Shown in pieces: positions 1-8,867 of a DNA stretch of 64,000 bases; the first letter of the stretch is position 1; each line of letters opens with the position of its first letter. This DNA comes from an uncultured Alphaproteobacteria bacterium (GTDB taxonomy: Bacteria; Bacteroidota; Ignavibacteria; Palsa-1295). The translations under genes and the position numbers were made by a program. The stretch spans positions 356-64,355 of the forward strand of contig CAYOJJ010000018.1 in the NCBI GenBank assembly GCA_964404255.1, in the 5' to 3' direction. The notes under the pieces are model-generated. The model had not been told where the DNA came from and did not search any database. It saw only the letters and a list, made by a program, of their open reading frames with translations.

Positions 1-1047
1 AAATTTGTGGCTTGTACTGAAGATACAACTGCGCGGGTTTGGGATGTACAGACCGGCAAGGTATTATTTAGCTTACGAGCCGGGCTGAGAGAGGTCGATA
101 ATGCAATCTTTTCTCATGATGGAAAAACTATTGCTACTATCGGGTATGATTCATTAGGGGTAAACAGTTATTCCGTTAAATTATGGGATGCTCAAACCGG
201 TGCTTTCATCAGAACGGTAGGCACGCCGAATTTTAGTACCGGAGATATAGAATTTAATAATGACGATAGCCGTATTCTTGTATCCTCTTTTGGGTTGGCG
301 ATTATTTATCAAAACCCTTCCGGCGGGAGCCAATCGGATATCTCGGATGGTACCTGGTCTATCGTTGCAAATAATGGTGGCAATGTTATCGTTTACACCC
401 CGGATGTTTCCGCGAAGGTCAATGATATTGTCAGTATTCCAATCCTAATAGACGATCCCGGCAGTGCCATTGCCGGCGGTGCTACTACGATCACCGCCAC
501 ACTGGATTATAATGTTACAATGCTCGAGCCTATCCAGAATACCCCGGCAGGTACGATCTCCGGAAATATTCGCTCTATTCCTTTAACACTGACCATCAAT
601 CCTAACGATACCGTATTGACACGGTTAGCTTTTAGAGTTGCTTTAGGAAATGATTCCGTTACGAAACTCGATGTGATCAATCCTATTACTAATTCGGCAA
701 CCGTTTTAGCAAGCGATCAAGATGGACAGTTCAAATTACTCGATCTTTGCCACGAAGGAGGAGCCAGACTCTTGAATCCGGATGGAGTTGTGAATATGAT
801 AGTTCTCTCGCCGAATCCTACTTCAACCATGCTCAACATCAAACTCGATCTTGCAGAGTATGGGCATACTTCCGTTTCGATAGCCGATGAAACGGGACGA
901 ATAATAAAAACACTGCTGGACGAAGACACCCGAACTTCATTACTGTTCTTAAAAGTACCGGTTACCGATCTTCCGAGCGGAAGATATTATGTACTATTGC
1001 AGACACCTACGTACCATTCACGCGAGGCGATCGAGGTGAAGCGATGA
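1..1047 (+). CDS. WD40-repeat / cohesin-like domain secreted protein with T9SS C-terminal sorting domain (5' partial, continues upstream of window)
   Basis: The frame is open from nt 1. WD40-like repeats are present (ARVWDVQTGK, VKLWDAQTG). A cohesin-like segment follows (AKVNDIVSIPILIDD...ATLDYNVTMLEP). The last ~80 aa (LSPNPTS..VSIADETGRIIKTL..LPSGRYYVLLQT) look like a Por/T9SS CTD. Confidence 0.75.
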   Translation, partial: KFVACTEDTTARVWDVQTGKVLFSLRAGLREVDNAIFSHDGKTIATIGYDSLGVNSYSVKLWDAQTGAFIRTVGTPNFSTGDIEFNNDDSRILVSSFGLAIIYQNPSGGSQSDISDGTWSIVANNGGNVIVYTPDVSAKVNDIVSIPILIDDPGSAIAGGATTITATLDYNVTMLEPIQNTPAGTISGNIRSIPLTLTINPNDTVLTRLAFRVALGNDSVTKLDVINPITNSATVLASDQDGQFKLLDLCHEGGARLLNPDGVVNMIVLSPNPTSTMLNIKLDLAEYGHTSVSIADETGRIIKTLLDEDTRTSLLFLKVPVTDLPSGRYYVLLQTPTYHSREAIEVKR

Positions 1048-3161
1048 GATATTTTTTCATTCTGCTGCTCCTTATTACCAGTCTTAGCAGTTCTAAAGCC
1101 CAGGACACATTACGAACCCGATATGGGCTATTTGGTGGCTGGTCGGTGAATACTCATACTGCCGATTTCCGGGCATTACCGGGAGTCCCTAACTGCTGCC
1201 CGCAATTTAGCTCCGGGTCAGGGGGTGGTATCATGGGTGGTGCTGTTATCGAATTTCCGCTTGCCTATTCGTTCTTGTTTTCACTCAGTGCTTCTTATAT
1301 AGATCATAGCGCCTTGCTATCGGCTGATGAAAAACTGAGAATTATTGTCAATGGAAGTGGTACCGACGGTATCGATCATCATACGGTTGATGCAACGCTC
1401 TCTTCGGTAGGTATAGAACCCCAGATAGCTTTCCGTCCCTTTGGTAATTTCTTTATTTCTGCGGGAGTCCGTGCTGCTTATTTACTTACCAAATCTTATG
1501 ACCAAAAAGAAGTTATCGATAACGGCACATTCTATGATTCGCTTGGAAATGATTCTCATAGCAGAATAAGAAATGCCAATAGTGGTACGATTCCCAATAC
1601 TTCCGCTCTGCTGCTGCAAGGAATACTTGGAGTTCGGTACGAACTTCCGCTTAATAGCGATCATACTTATTTTCTGGCGCCCCAGGTTTCTTATGCCCTT
1701 TCCTTTACCGATGTTGTCGATGGTTTGACCTGGAAGCCGAATGGCATCCGGGCAGGTCTCGGCATAATGTATTCTCCGAAACCCGAGGTTCGCAAGCGAT
1801 TTTATGATACGACCTTCTATCGCGATACGGTTACGAAACAAGTCCGGGATCTTGCTGTACAGCGCTTAAGTCTTGCCTCAAGCGACAGAACAAAAAATGT
1901 TACCGCTACACCACTCGAAATTACCGAGCACACTATCTATCGGGAGCATTATCTGCTCGAACTACCCGATAAGCACGATCTGCAGGCAAATATTGATGCG
2001 TATGGCCTTGATGACGATGGCAATGAGCAGCGGGTTGCAACCCTTGAAATAGAAGAATTTCTTTCTACCAAAGCACACCCATTACTTGGCTATATCTTCT
2101 TCCCCGAAGGCGATAGCCTCGTAGCTCCAAGATATGTGCAGATCACACCCGCAGGCGCTAAGACCTTCCGTCCGGAGCAGCTTTTTGGAGGAGATGCGCT
2201 TGATATTCATCATAATGTCCTCAATATCATCGGCTATCGTATGAAGCAATATCCGAATGCCAAATTATCGTTGACGGGTTGTAATTCGAATCAGGGTATT
2301 GAAGAAAATAATACGGGCTTATCGCAGGCTCGTGTTGCAATGATAAAACGGTATTTTATGCAAACCTGGGGAGTCGCAGGCGATAGAATATCGACCGCCT
2401 ATAGAAATCTACCGGAAAAGCCTTCAAACCCACGGACGCCTGATGGTCAGGAAGAAAACCGGCGTGTGGAGATTACCTCCGATGTTCCCGAAGTGATCGA
2501 CGTCTTCGTTGCTAACGATACTACCCGAACCGTAAACCCACCTCAGTTGCGCTTCAAGCTTACTACCTTCTCTTCAAGCGAAGTCACCAATTGGGAGCTT
2601 GAAATATTACAAGGAAGACAGCGGCTCAAAGATTACCGCGGTACCAAAACGGTGCCTCCGATCATTGACTGGGACCTGACAAACGATCAGAATGCTATTC
2701 CGAGATATAACGAACCTCTACGTATTTTCTTCCATGTAAATAATAAGAAAGGCGACCAGGTAACCGATACTATTAATTTGCCGACGAAAGTGACAACGAT
2801 TGCCCAGAAAAAGGCCCGCAAAAAAGGAGATGTTGTTATCGATCGCTATAACCTTGTGCTCTTCGATTTTGGAAAGGCCGATATTACGCCTGCCCATCGT
2901 AGAATTATTTCGATGGTACAATCGAAATTGCAGCCAACTTCTTCAGTACTGGTCGAGGGATATACCGATAGAAGCGGTTCGGCGGCCTCAAATAAAAGGC
3001 TTGCTACCAGCCGCGCCCAATCTACTTCCGATGTATTAAAGCATCCGAATACTATCGTCAAAGGTATTGGCGAGGATAGGCTGCTGTATAATAACGATAC
3101 GCCGGAAGGGCGCTTCTATTGCAGGACGGTACAGATAACCGCAAGAACTCCGGTAGAGTAA
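1044..3161 (+). CDS. OmpA-family outer membrane protein with N-terminal beta-barrel and two OmpA_C-like domains
   Basis: Signal peptide MRYFFILLLLITSLSSSKAQ. Two OmpA-like modules are present (LSLTGCNSNQG..GLSQARV..NRRVEIT and VLVEGYTDRSGSAASNKRLATSRA). An ATGA overlap links it to the upstream CDS. Confidence 0.8.
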   Translation: MRYFFILLLLITSLSSSKAQDTLRTRYGLFGGWSVNTHTADFRALPGVPNCCPQFSSGSGGGIMGGAVIEFPLAYSFLFSLSASYIDHSALLSADEKLRIIVNGSGTDGIDHHTVDATLSSVGIEPQIAFRPFGNFFISAGVRAAYLLTKSYDQKEVIDNGTFYDSLGNDSHSRIRNANSGTIPNTSALLLQGILGVRYELPLNSDHTYFLAPQVSYALSFTDVVDGLTWKPNGIRAGLGIMYSPKPEVRKRFYDTTFYRDTVTKQVRDLAVQRLSLASSDRTKNVTATPLEITEHTIYREHYLLELPDKHDLQANIDAYGLDDDGNEQRVATLEIEEFLSTKAHPLLGYIFFPEGDSLVAPRYVQITPAGAKTFRPEQLFGGDALDIHHNVLNIIGYRMKQYPNAKLSLTGCNSNQGIEENNTGLSQARVAMIKRYFMQTWGVAGDRISTAYRNLPEKPSNPRTPDGQEENRRVEITSDVPEVIDVFVANDTTRTVNPPQLRFKLTTFSSSEVTNWELEILQGRQRLKDYRGTKTVPPIIDWDLTNDQNAIPRYNEPLRIFFHVNNKKGDQVTDTINLPTKVTTIAQKKARKKGDVVIDRYNLVLFDFGKADITPAHRRIISMVQSKLQPTSSVLVEGYTDRSGSAASNKRLATSRAQSTSDVLKHPNTIVKGIGEDRLLYNNDTPEGRFYCRTVQITARTPVE

Positions 3162-3180
3162 TCTTCGTAGATCGATTTCA

Positions 3181-3211
3181 ATGGCAGTGGCAATACCACT
3201 GCCATTTTTTA
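3181..3211 (+). terminator. Rho-independent terminator after the OmpA-family gene
   Basis: 10-bp stem ATGGCAGTGG / CCACTGCCAT, loop CAATA, followed by TTTTTT. The T-tract overlaps the stop codon of the convergent DUF2235 gene. Confidence 0.7.
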
Positions 3212-4279
3212 TTTAGGCCAAAACTCTTTAATATTCTTCGGCCGGTAATCTGGGTATTGCTTCATTCGCTCGAAAACAGAATCGTGAAAGACGGCTGTTG
3301 CCGGATCAATGGTACGAGGTCTGCCTAAATTAACCCGGAGCCTGGTTTTATAGATAACTTTCCCGTCTTTCTCTATCCGCTTATGGTGAATCTTAGGCCA
3401 AATTTCGGTAAACCACCATGCTCCTTTTAATGATTTGTTCACTACCTCTTTAGGATACGGCTCTTTTTGTTCGGAAGCAAGCATACGCTCCTTAGCTTCT
3501 GAATTTATTAATAGTCCGTTGTTACCGGCTTGCTCAACCATCCACCATAAGGCAATATTAGAAAGGCCGCTTACTACCGGAGAATATCCGCCTCCTACAT
3601 CGGAATGCACTCCGGCAAACCATAATTGCTGGAAATCCTGATGCTCGCGAGGCGAATCAAAAAGATTTTGCCGAAAAAAGGCACGACGTTCATCGATGGA
3701 CATGGCATGCCGAACGATATTGAGATCGGAATTATCGGCCGTAGAAGGAAATTTTACAATGCTAACGAACCATCCGACAGATGAAACAGTATCCCAAAGA
3801 CCAAGAAAATGAGTTTTGCATTCTTGGGAAAAAGTCTCTTTAAAATGAGTCATTATCCCGAAATTCTTTTTTTTCTTTTTTGCCATTCGGATAATATAAG
3901 GGATAAGCGACTCATTGCCTTTACTCAAAAGACCGAACCATTTTAATATGCCGGCAAAGGCTCGCGCCGTATATGCCCCGCGGCTAAACCCAAAAAGGTA
4001 TACGCGATCTCCGGGCTCGTACCTATCCATGAGATATGCATAAGCATCAGCAATATTTTCAGAAATTCCATAGCCGAAAGCTAACCCGAATAATCGTGTT
4101 CGTGCTTTGCCAAAATTTGATAACGCATTCTTTGCTCCCATCGTACCAAGCCCCGGATGATAATAGGCAACCTGCTCCGGCCCCTTTTGCAAGAGTTGAT
4201 ATAATTTTACGACATTCGAATTATTTTTGCCAAACTGTTCGCCGGTGCCGTCAAAGCAAATAACTATATTTTTAGGCAT
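3209..4279 (-). CDS. DUF2235 (Tle1-like) alpha/beta hydrolase
   Basis: N-terminus NIVICFDGTGEQFG, GXSXG-type FGFSRGAYTARA, and GLWDTVSSVG are hallmarks of the DUF2235 / T6SS Tle1 phospholipase family. I chose the start at internal Met 4279, directly before the conserved N-terminus. The ORF is open to 4327. Confidence 0.72.
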   Translation of the reverse strand: MPKNIVICFDGTGEQFGKNNSNVVKLYQLLQKGPEQVAYYHPGLGTMGAKNALSNFGKARTRLFGLAFGYGISENIADAYAYLMDRYEPGDRVYLFGFSRGAYTARAFAGILKWFGLLSKGNESLIPYIIRMAKKKKKNFGIMTHFKETFSQECKTHFLGLWDTVSSVGWFVSIVKFPSTADNSDLNIVRHAMSIDERRAFFRQNLFDSPREHQDFQQLWFAGVHSDVGGGYSPVVSGLSNIALWWMVEQAGNNGLLINSEAKERMLASEQKEPYPKEVVNKSLKGAWWFTEIWPKIHHKRIEKDGKVIYKTRLRVNLGRPRTIDPATAVFHDSVFERMKQYPDYRPKNIKEFWPK

Positions 4280-4381
4280 GATCTCTGATGTAAGAAAGAA
4301 GCAAAAATACAATCGTTTGCTTCCCAAACATAGAGAAGTAGCTGTTAAACTACGGGTAAAGGGCCGATCTAAGTGACTACT

Positions 4382-5716
4382 TTATAGTATCAATTTCTGC
4401 AATACCTCTACATGTATCTCTTTGGACAGCGCGAAAAGTGTCATCTCGTCGAAATCCTTGGTGATCAGTTGCCCGCCAATAGGAAGATTATTTCTATCAA
4501 GCCCGATAGGAATACTGGCCGCTGGTGTACCGGCAATATTAGCGCTTACCGTGTAAATATCGTTTAAATACATTGCCAGTGGGTCGGTCGTCTTTTCACC
4601 AATCTTAAAGGCAGTTGTTGGTGTGGTAGGAGTAAAGAGCGCATCGACCTCTTTGAAGACTTCGGTAAAATCATTCTTTACCAGGCGGCGGACTTTCTGT
4701 GCGCGCTTATAATACGCATCGTAATAGCCGCTCGAAAGCACATACGTACCAAGCATGATACGGCGCTTTACTTCTGCACCAAACCCTTCGGTTCGGGAGT
4801 GGAGGTATGTATCGGAAAGATCAATGCTATTCGCAGAGCGATACCCATATCTAATCCCATCAAAACGAGCAAGGTTACTCGAGGCTTCTGCTGTAGTAAG
4901 AATATAATATACGGCAATAGAATATTTGGTATGCGGCATCGAAACCGGCACCAAGGTACATCCGGCTGCCTGTAATTTACTTTTGGCAGCTTCTACTGCT
5001 TCGAGAACATCCGGGTCTATCCCCTCTCCAAAATATTCTTTTGGTATGCCGATGCGCAAACCTTTAACATCTTTTGTAAGCGCGGTCGAGTATTCCTGCA
5101 CCGGAAGCTCGGCGCTCGTCATATCATGTGGGTCTTTACCGGCCATTACTTCCAGCGCCTTTGCGGCAGATTCCAATGTGCGGGAAAATGTCCCTACCGT
5201 ATCGAAACTGGAAGCGAACGCAACGAGGCCATATCTTGAAATACGTCCATAGGTAGGCTTTACTCCTATAGTCCCGGTAAAAGCGGCCGGCTGCCTGATC
5301 GAGCCTCCGGTATCGGTACCGAGCGCCAGATCGGCAGAGCCGATTGCAACAGCCACGGCGCTCCCGCCCGAAGACCCGCCGGAAACCCGTTTTTTATCCC
5401 AGGGATTTCGAACAACTCCAAAAGCAGAATTCTCGTTGGAAGACCCCATAGCAAATTCATCCATGTTGGTCTTACCGGTAATACTCACACCGGCCGAAAT
5501 AAGCCGTTCGACACACGTTGCCGAATAAAGCGAGGTAAACGGTTCAAGGATTTTTGAGGCACAGGTCAGATGAGCATCTTTAAGAGCGAATACGTCCTTC
5601 AAAGCGACGGTCATTCCACTCAGCTTTCCGTTCATTACCAGATGCAGTGGCTCCTCAAAAACCTGAAGGTAGCAATTATAGCTATTGTTAAGCTCTCGTA
5701 AATGCGCAGTAGTCAT
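4382..5716 (-). CDS. gatA: Asp-tRNA(Asn)/Glu-tRNA(Gln) amidotransferase subunit A
   Basis: Amidase signature GGSSGGSAVAVA..GTDTGGSIRQPAAF. Overall GatA-like sequence with C-terminal LPIGGQLI. Confidence 0.88.
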   Translation of the reverse strand: MTTAHLRELNNSYNCYLQVFEEPLHLVMNGKLSGMTVALKDVFALKDAHLTCASKILEPFTSLYSATCVERLISAGVSITGKTNMDEFAMGSSNENSAFGVVRNPWDKKRVSGGSSGGSAVAVAIGSADLALGTDTGGSIRQPAAFTGTIGVKPTYGRISRYGLVAFASSFDTVGTFSRTLESAAKALEVMAGKDPHDMTSAELPVQEYSTALTKDVKGLRIGIPKEYFGEGIDPDVLEAVEAAKSKLQAAGCTLVPVSMPHTKYSIAVYYILTTAEASSNLARFDGIRYGYRSANSIDLSDTYLHSRTEGFGAEVKRRIMLGTYVLSSGYYDAYYKRAQKVRRLVKNDFTEVFKEVDALFTPTTPTTAFKIGEKTTDPLAMYLNDIYTVSANIAGTPAASIPIGLDRNNLPIGGQLITKDFDEMTLFALSKEIHVEVLQKLIL

Positions 5717-5722
5717 GAAGTA

Positions 5723-6184
5723 TTATTGCAATGGAATTTCCGGAAATGGCATTGTATCCATTTCACTTAAAATATACTTATGAACATATTGGCAGCCTTC
5801 TTTGTGCGAAGGAAATACTAATCTGCCTATTGCCGATTCGTAACTTACCCAATCATAAGCCTGATGTTCATTGGAAAGTATTACTTCCGCTGAAGTATCG
5901 ACAAGAACGAGGAATACAGGGACGGCAAGTATTTTATCACGCTTCAAACTAAAAAAAGAAGCCGTATATGGTACTACCCAGCATCGGCGTGCGACGAGCC
6001 CCGTCTCCTCGGTTAATTCCCGAAGCGCTCCCTGAACGAAGGTTTCTCCTTCTTCGACTCCTCCGGTTATAACCTGCCAGACATTCGGGTAGACCGGTTC
6101 ATCAGCAGCCCGGTGAAGTAATAAATGCTCATAAACTCCACTTGCCTCACGAATAACATGGAGTTGGATCATCCTTTCGGACAT
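5723..6184 (-). CDS. NUDIX hydrolase
   Basis: Nudix box GGVEEGETFVQGALRELTEETGL. Confidence 0.8.
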   Translation of the reverse strand: MSERMIQLHVIREASGVYEHLLLHRAADEPVYPNVWQVITGGVEEGETFVQGALRELTEETGLVARRCWVVPYTASFFSLKRDKILAVPVFLVLVDTSAEVILSNEHQAYDWVSYESAIGRLVFPSHKEGCQYVHKYILSEMDTMPFPEIPLQ

Positions 6185-6280
6185 AATTTCCCGCCTTTTT
6201 GCACTGAATACTACCTCATGAACAATATAGATGGAACTACTATCGGTACAATTTCGTATTTAGACTCAGTCTTAATAAGG

Positions 6281-6841
6281 ATGACTAACGAATCAGAGAT
6301 AGTGAAACCAGCCAAAAAGGCCAAGAAAGAGACTCAAGCCTCTCATGACCCACATGAGGTCTTTAGGAAATTCTTAAAGGATGGCGAATACCGGATCACC
6401 CCCGAACGATTTGAAGTACTCGATGCAGTCCTTAAATGGGATGACCATTTCGATGCCGATAATCTCTTTATCTATCTCAAAAATAGCGGCTCAAAAGTTT
6501 CCAGAGCAACCGTTTATAAGACGCTGAATCTTCTTCACGAGTGCGGCCTGGTATCGAGGTACCGGTTTTCGCAGGGCCATGCTCAGTATGAGAAGACGGT
6601 CGATCGCCCGCATCATGACCACCTGATCTGTACCACTTGCGGCAAGATCATTGAATTCGATAATTCCCGCGTAGTGCAAATGCAAAACGATATTTGTATT
6701 GCCTACGGCTTCAAGCCACTCTACCATTCCTTCCAGATATTCAGCGAATGCCTTGATGGCGCGATGGATATTCAGGACTGTGAATATGCCCGCCAACGGA
6801 AGATGGCGCTGATGAATCCGGCAAAACGCAATAAGCATTAA
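6281..6841 (+). CDS. fur: Fur-family transcriptional regulator (with Lys-rich N-terminal and extended C-terminal tails)
   Basis: RITPERFEVLDAVL..SRATVYKTLNLL..HHDHLICTTCGKIIEF. I chose the start at ATG 6281 (preceded by TAAGG) to avoid overlapping the divergent NUDIX gene. The ORF is open from 6125. Confidence 0.78.
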   Translation: MTNESEIVKPAKKAKKETQASHDPHEVFRKFLKDGEYRITPERFEVLDAVLKWDDHFDADNLFIYLKNSGSKVSRATVYKTLNLLHECGLVSRYRFSQGHAQYEKTVDRPHHDHLICTTCGKIIEFDNSRVVQMQNDICIAYGFKPLYHSFQIFSECLDGAMDIQDCEYARQRKMALMNPAKRNKH

Positions 6842-6852
6842 GAAAGAAAATA

Positions 6853-7665
6853 ATGATCGGCAAATTATTCAATCCTTTTATAATTAGTTTTCGTGAGTCG
6901 ATCGAAGCCTCCCTCGTCGTCATGGCTGTTCTCGTGGCCTTAAAGAAAAAAGGAGATCCGCGCTTTCGTAAGGCGGCGCTTTGGGGTATCGCCGTGGCGG
7001 TGCTTGCTTGTATCATTGGCGGATATATGCTCGGAACGATCGCCCTCGTTAATAATCATGGCGTAGAACTAGCGCTGTACCTGGCTGCGGTAGTGGCGGT
7101 TACCGGGATGGTCTTTTGGATGATGAAAGCCGGCAAGGGCCTGCGCAAGCATATTGATACCCGTATCGATTCCTACAGCAGTGAGAACAAACTTCTTCCG
7201 ATGCTCGGAGTATTCTTCTTTGTCTTCTTTATGATCACTCGCGAAGGGTTTGAAATGGTATTGCTTCTGCTTGCCTTTGGCAGAGGGATCGGCGGAGGCT
7301 TTTATGTAGGAGCAATGCTGCTTGGCATTGGCTGTGCTGTAGTGCTTGCCTATTCGATCTCCAAAGGCCTGATAAAAGTGAATATCGGTAAATTCCTGCA
7401 GCAATCGGCCTACGTACTCTTGATCTTTGTCGTTCAATTGATCTTCGATTCTCTCCATGAAGCTTATGAAGGTGGTTTTTTACCGGAGCCTTCATCACAA
7501 GGTTTTGCAAATTTTGTCGATTACGTCCACGATCAAATTCCTATCTTTTCTTATATCGCCATAGGCTTTTTTGCCGTGATCGTGGTTTACCATCTGATCT
7601 CGAACATTAATTCTTCCGGAATGCCTAAAAAACCGACACCGATCCAGGGTAAACTTACTTCCTGA
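6853..7665 (+). CDS. FTR1/EfeU-family high-affinity iron permease
   Basis: Two REXXE motifs (RESIE near the N-terminus, REGFE mid-protein) in a polytopic membrane protein. It lies 11 nt downstream of fur. Confidence 0.8.
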   Translation: MIGKLFNPFIISFRESIEASLVVMAVLVALKKKGDPRFRKAALWGIAVAVLACIIGGYMLGTIALVNNHGVELALYLAAVVAVTGMVFWMMKAGKGLRKHIDTRIDSYSSENKLLPMLGVFFFVFFMITREGFEMVLLLLAFGRGIGGGFYVGAMLLGIGCAVVLAYSISKGLIKVNIGKFLQQSAYVLLIFVVQLIFDSLHEAYEGGFLPEPSSQGFANFVDYVHDQIPIFSYIAIGFFAVIVVYHLISNINSSGMPKKPTPIQGKLTS

Positions 7666-7706
7666 GCGATAGTGTTTTAAGGCATCAATCACGAACGATC
7701 ATTACC

Positions 7707-8867
7707 ATGAAGCAACTGTTATTTCCGGTGCTTTCCGGTCTATTGCTCTATACTTCTGTCTGTGCACAACCGGGTAAATCTCCTTATGAGATCAAGAATC
7801 CGCAAATAAATATCATCACTTATCGTTCGGGTGCGGAGAACTCCGGCATTAATAGAGCAACCCAGTTTCCCGGCGCTAAGCCACTTCCCGATAATCTTTA
7901 CCTCAAAGAGGAAAAGCATCTCCGTAATATCCGCCAGCTTAGCTTTGAAGGGGAAAATGCCGAGGCTTACCTTAGCCCGGATGGGAAACATATTTCTTTT
8001 CAGGCACGCGGCAAAGGTGATGGGCATTGCGACCAGATCTATTCCATGACGCTCGATGGGAAGAATGTCAAAGAAATTTCCACCGGATACGGCCGGACGA
8101 CCTGCTCCTATTATTTACCGGATAATGCCCATATTCTCTATGCTTCAACCTCGCAGGCTAGCGAAGAATGCCCCCCGGAGCCGGATCATTCCAAAGGCTA
8201 TGTCTGGCCACTCTATAAAAGCTACGATATACTTATTGCCGATACCAATGGCCTCACGATGGGCCGCCTGACCGCCGATTCGAGCTTCTACGATGCCGAA
8301 GCAACCATTTCACCCAAAGGAGACCGTATAGTATTTACCAGTACCCGCAATGGCGACATCGATCTCTATTCCATGAAGCTTGATGGTACCGATGTAAAGC
8401 AATTGACCACCGAAGAAGGCTATGATGGCGGGGCGTTTTATTCTGCCGATGGCAAGAAGATCGTTTATCGCGCTTCGCGTCCGACCGGGAAAGGATTAGA
8501 AGAGTATCGGACCCTTTTAAAAGAACACCTCGTAAAACCTTCTGCTCTTGAGATCATGGTAATGGACGCCGATGGTTCTAATAAGCATCAGATAACCCAT
8601 AACGGAAAAGCAAATTTTTGTCCGTACTTTTTCCCCGATGGAAAGCGTATTATTTTTTCATCGAATATGGATGACCCGCAAGGAAGAGAGTTTGATCTCT
8701 ATGCTATCGATACCGATGGAAAGAATCTCGAACGCCTGACCTATTCAAAAGGCTTCGATGGTTTCCCGATGTTTACTGCCGATGGTAAAACGATCGTCTG
8801 GTGCTCGAATAGAAACGACTCCTATCCAGGAAATACAAATATTTTTGTGGCCGATTGGGTAAATTAA
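7707..8867 (+). CDS. Periplasmic PD40/TolB-like beta-propeller repeat protein
   Basis: Signal peptide, then repeated PD40-like units (SPDGKHISF, SPKGDRIVFTSTRNGDIDLY, SADGKKIVY, FPDGKRIIFSSN, TADGKTIVWCSNR). Confidence 0.75.
   Translation: MKQLLFPVLSGLLLYTSVCAQPGKSPYEIKNPQINIITYRSGAENSGINRATQFPGAKPLPDNLYLKEEKHLRNIRQLSFEGENAEAYLSPDGKHISFQARGKGDGHCDQIYSMTLDGKNVKEISTGYGRTTCSYYLPDNAHILYASTSQASEECPPEPDHSKGYVWPLYKSYDILIADTNGLTMGRLTADSSFYDAEATISPKGDRIVFTSTRNGDIDLYSMKLDGTDVKQLTTEEGYDGGAFYSADGKKIVYRASRPTGKGLEEYRTLLKEHLVKPSALEIMVMDADGSNKHQITHNGKANFCPYFFPDGKRIIFSSNMDDPQGREFDLYAIDTDGKNLERLTYSKGFDGFPMFTADGKTIVWCSNRNDSYPGNTNIFVADWVN

Noticed and set aside
6125-6280. A longer Fur ORF starts at 6125 (238 aa).
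   Set aside because: - The extension overlaps the divergent NUDIX gene by 60 nt.
- It encodes no Fur-like sequence.
- ATG 6281 has a purine-rich stretch upstream and gives a plausible length.
7046-7058. GTTAATAATCATGG resembles half of a Fur box.
   Set aside because: It lies inside the FTR1 coding sequence, is only a partial match to the 19-bp consensus, and has no dyad partner.
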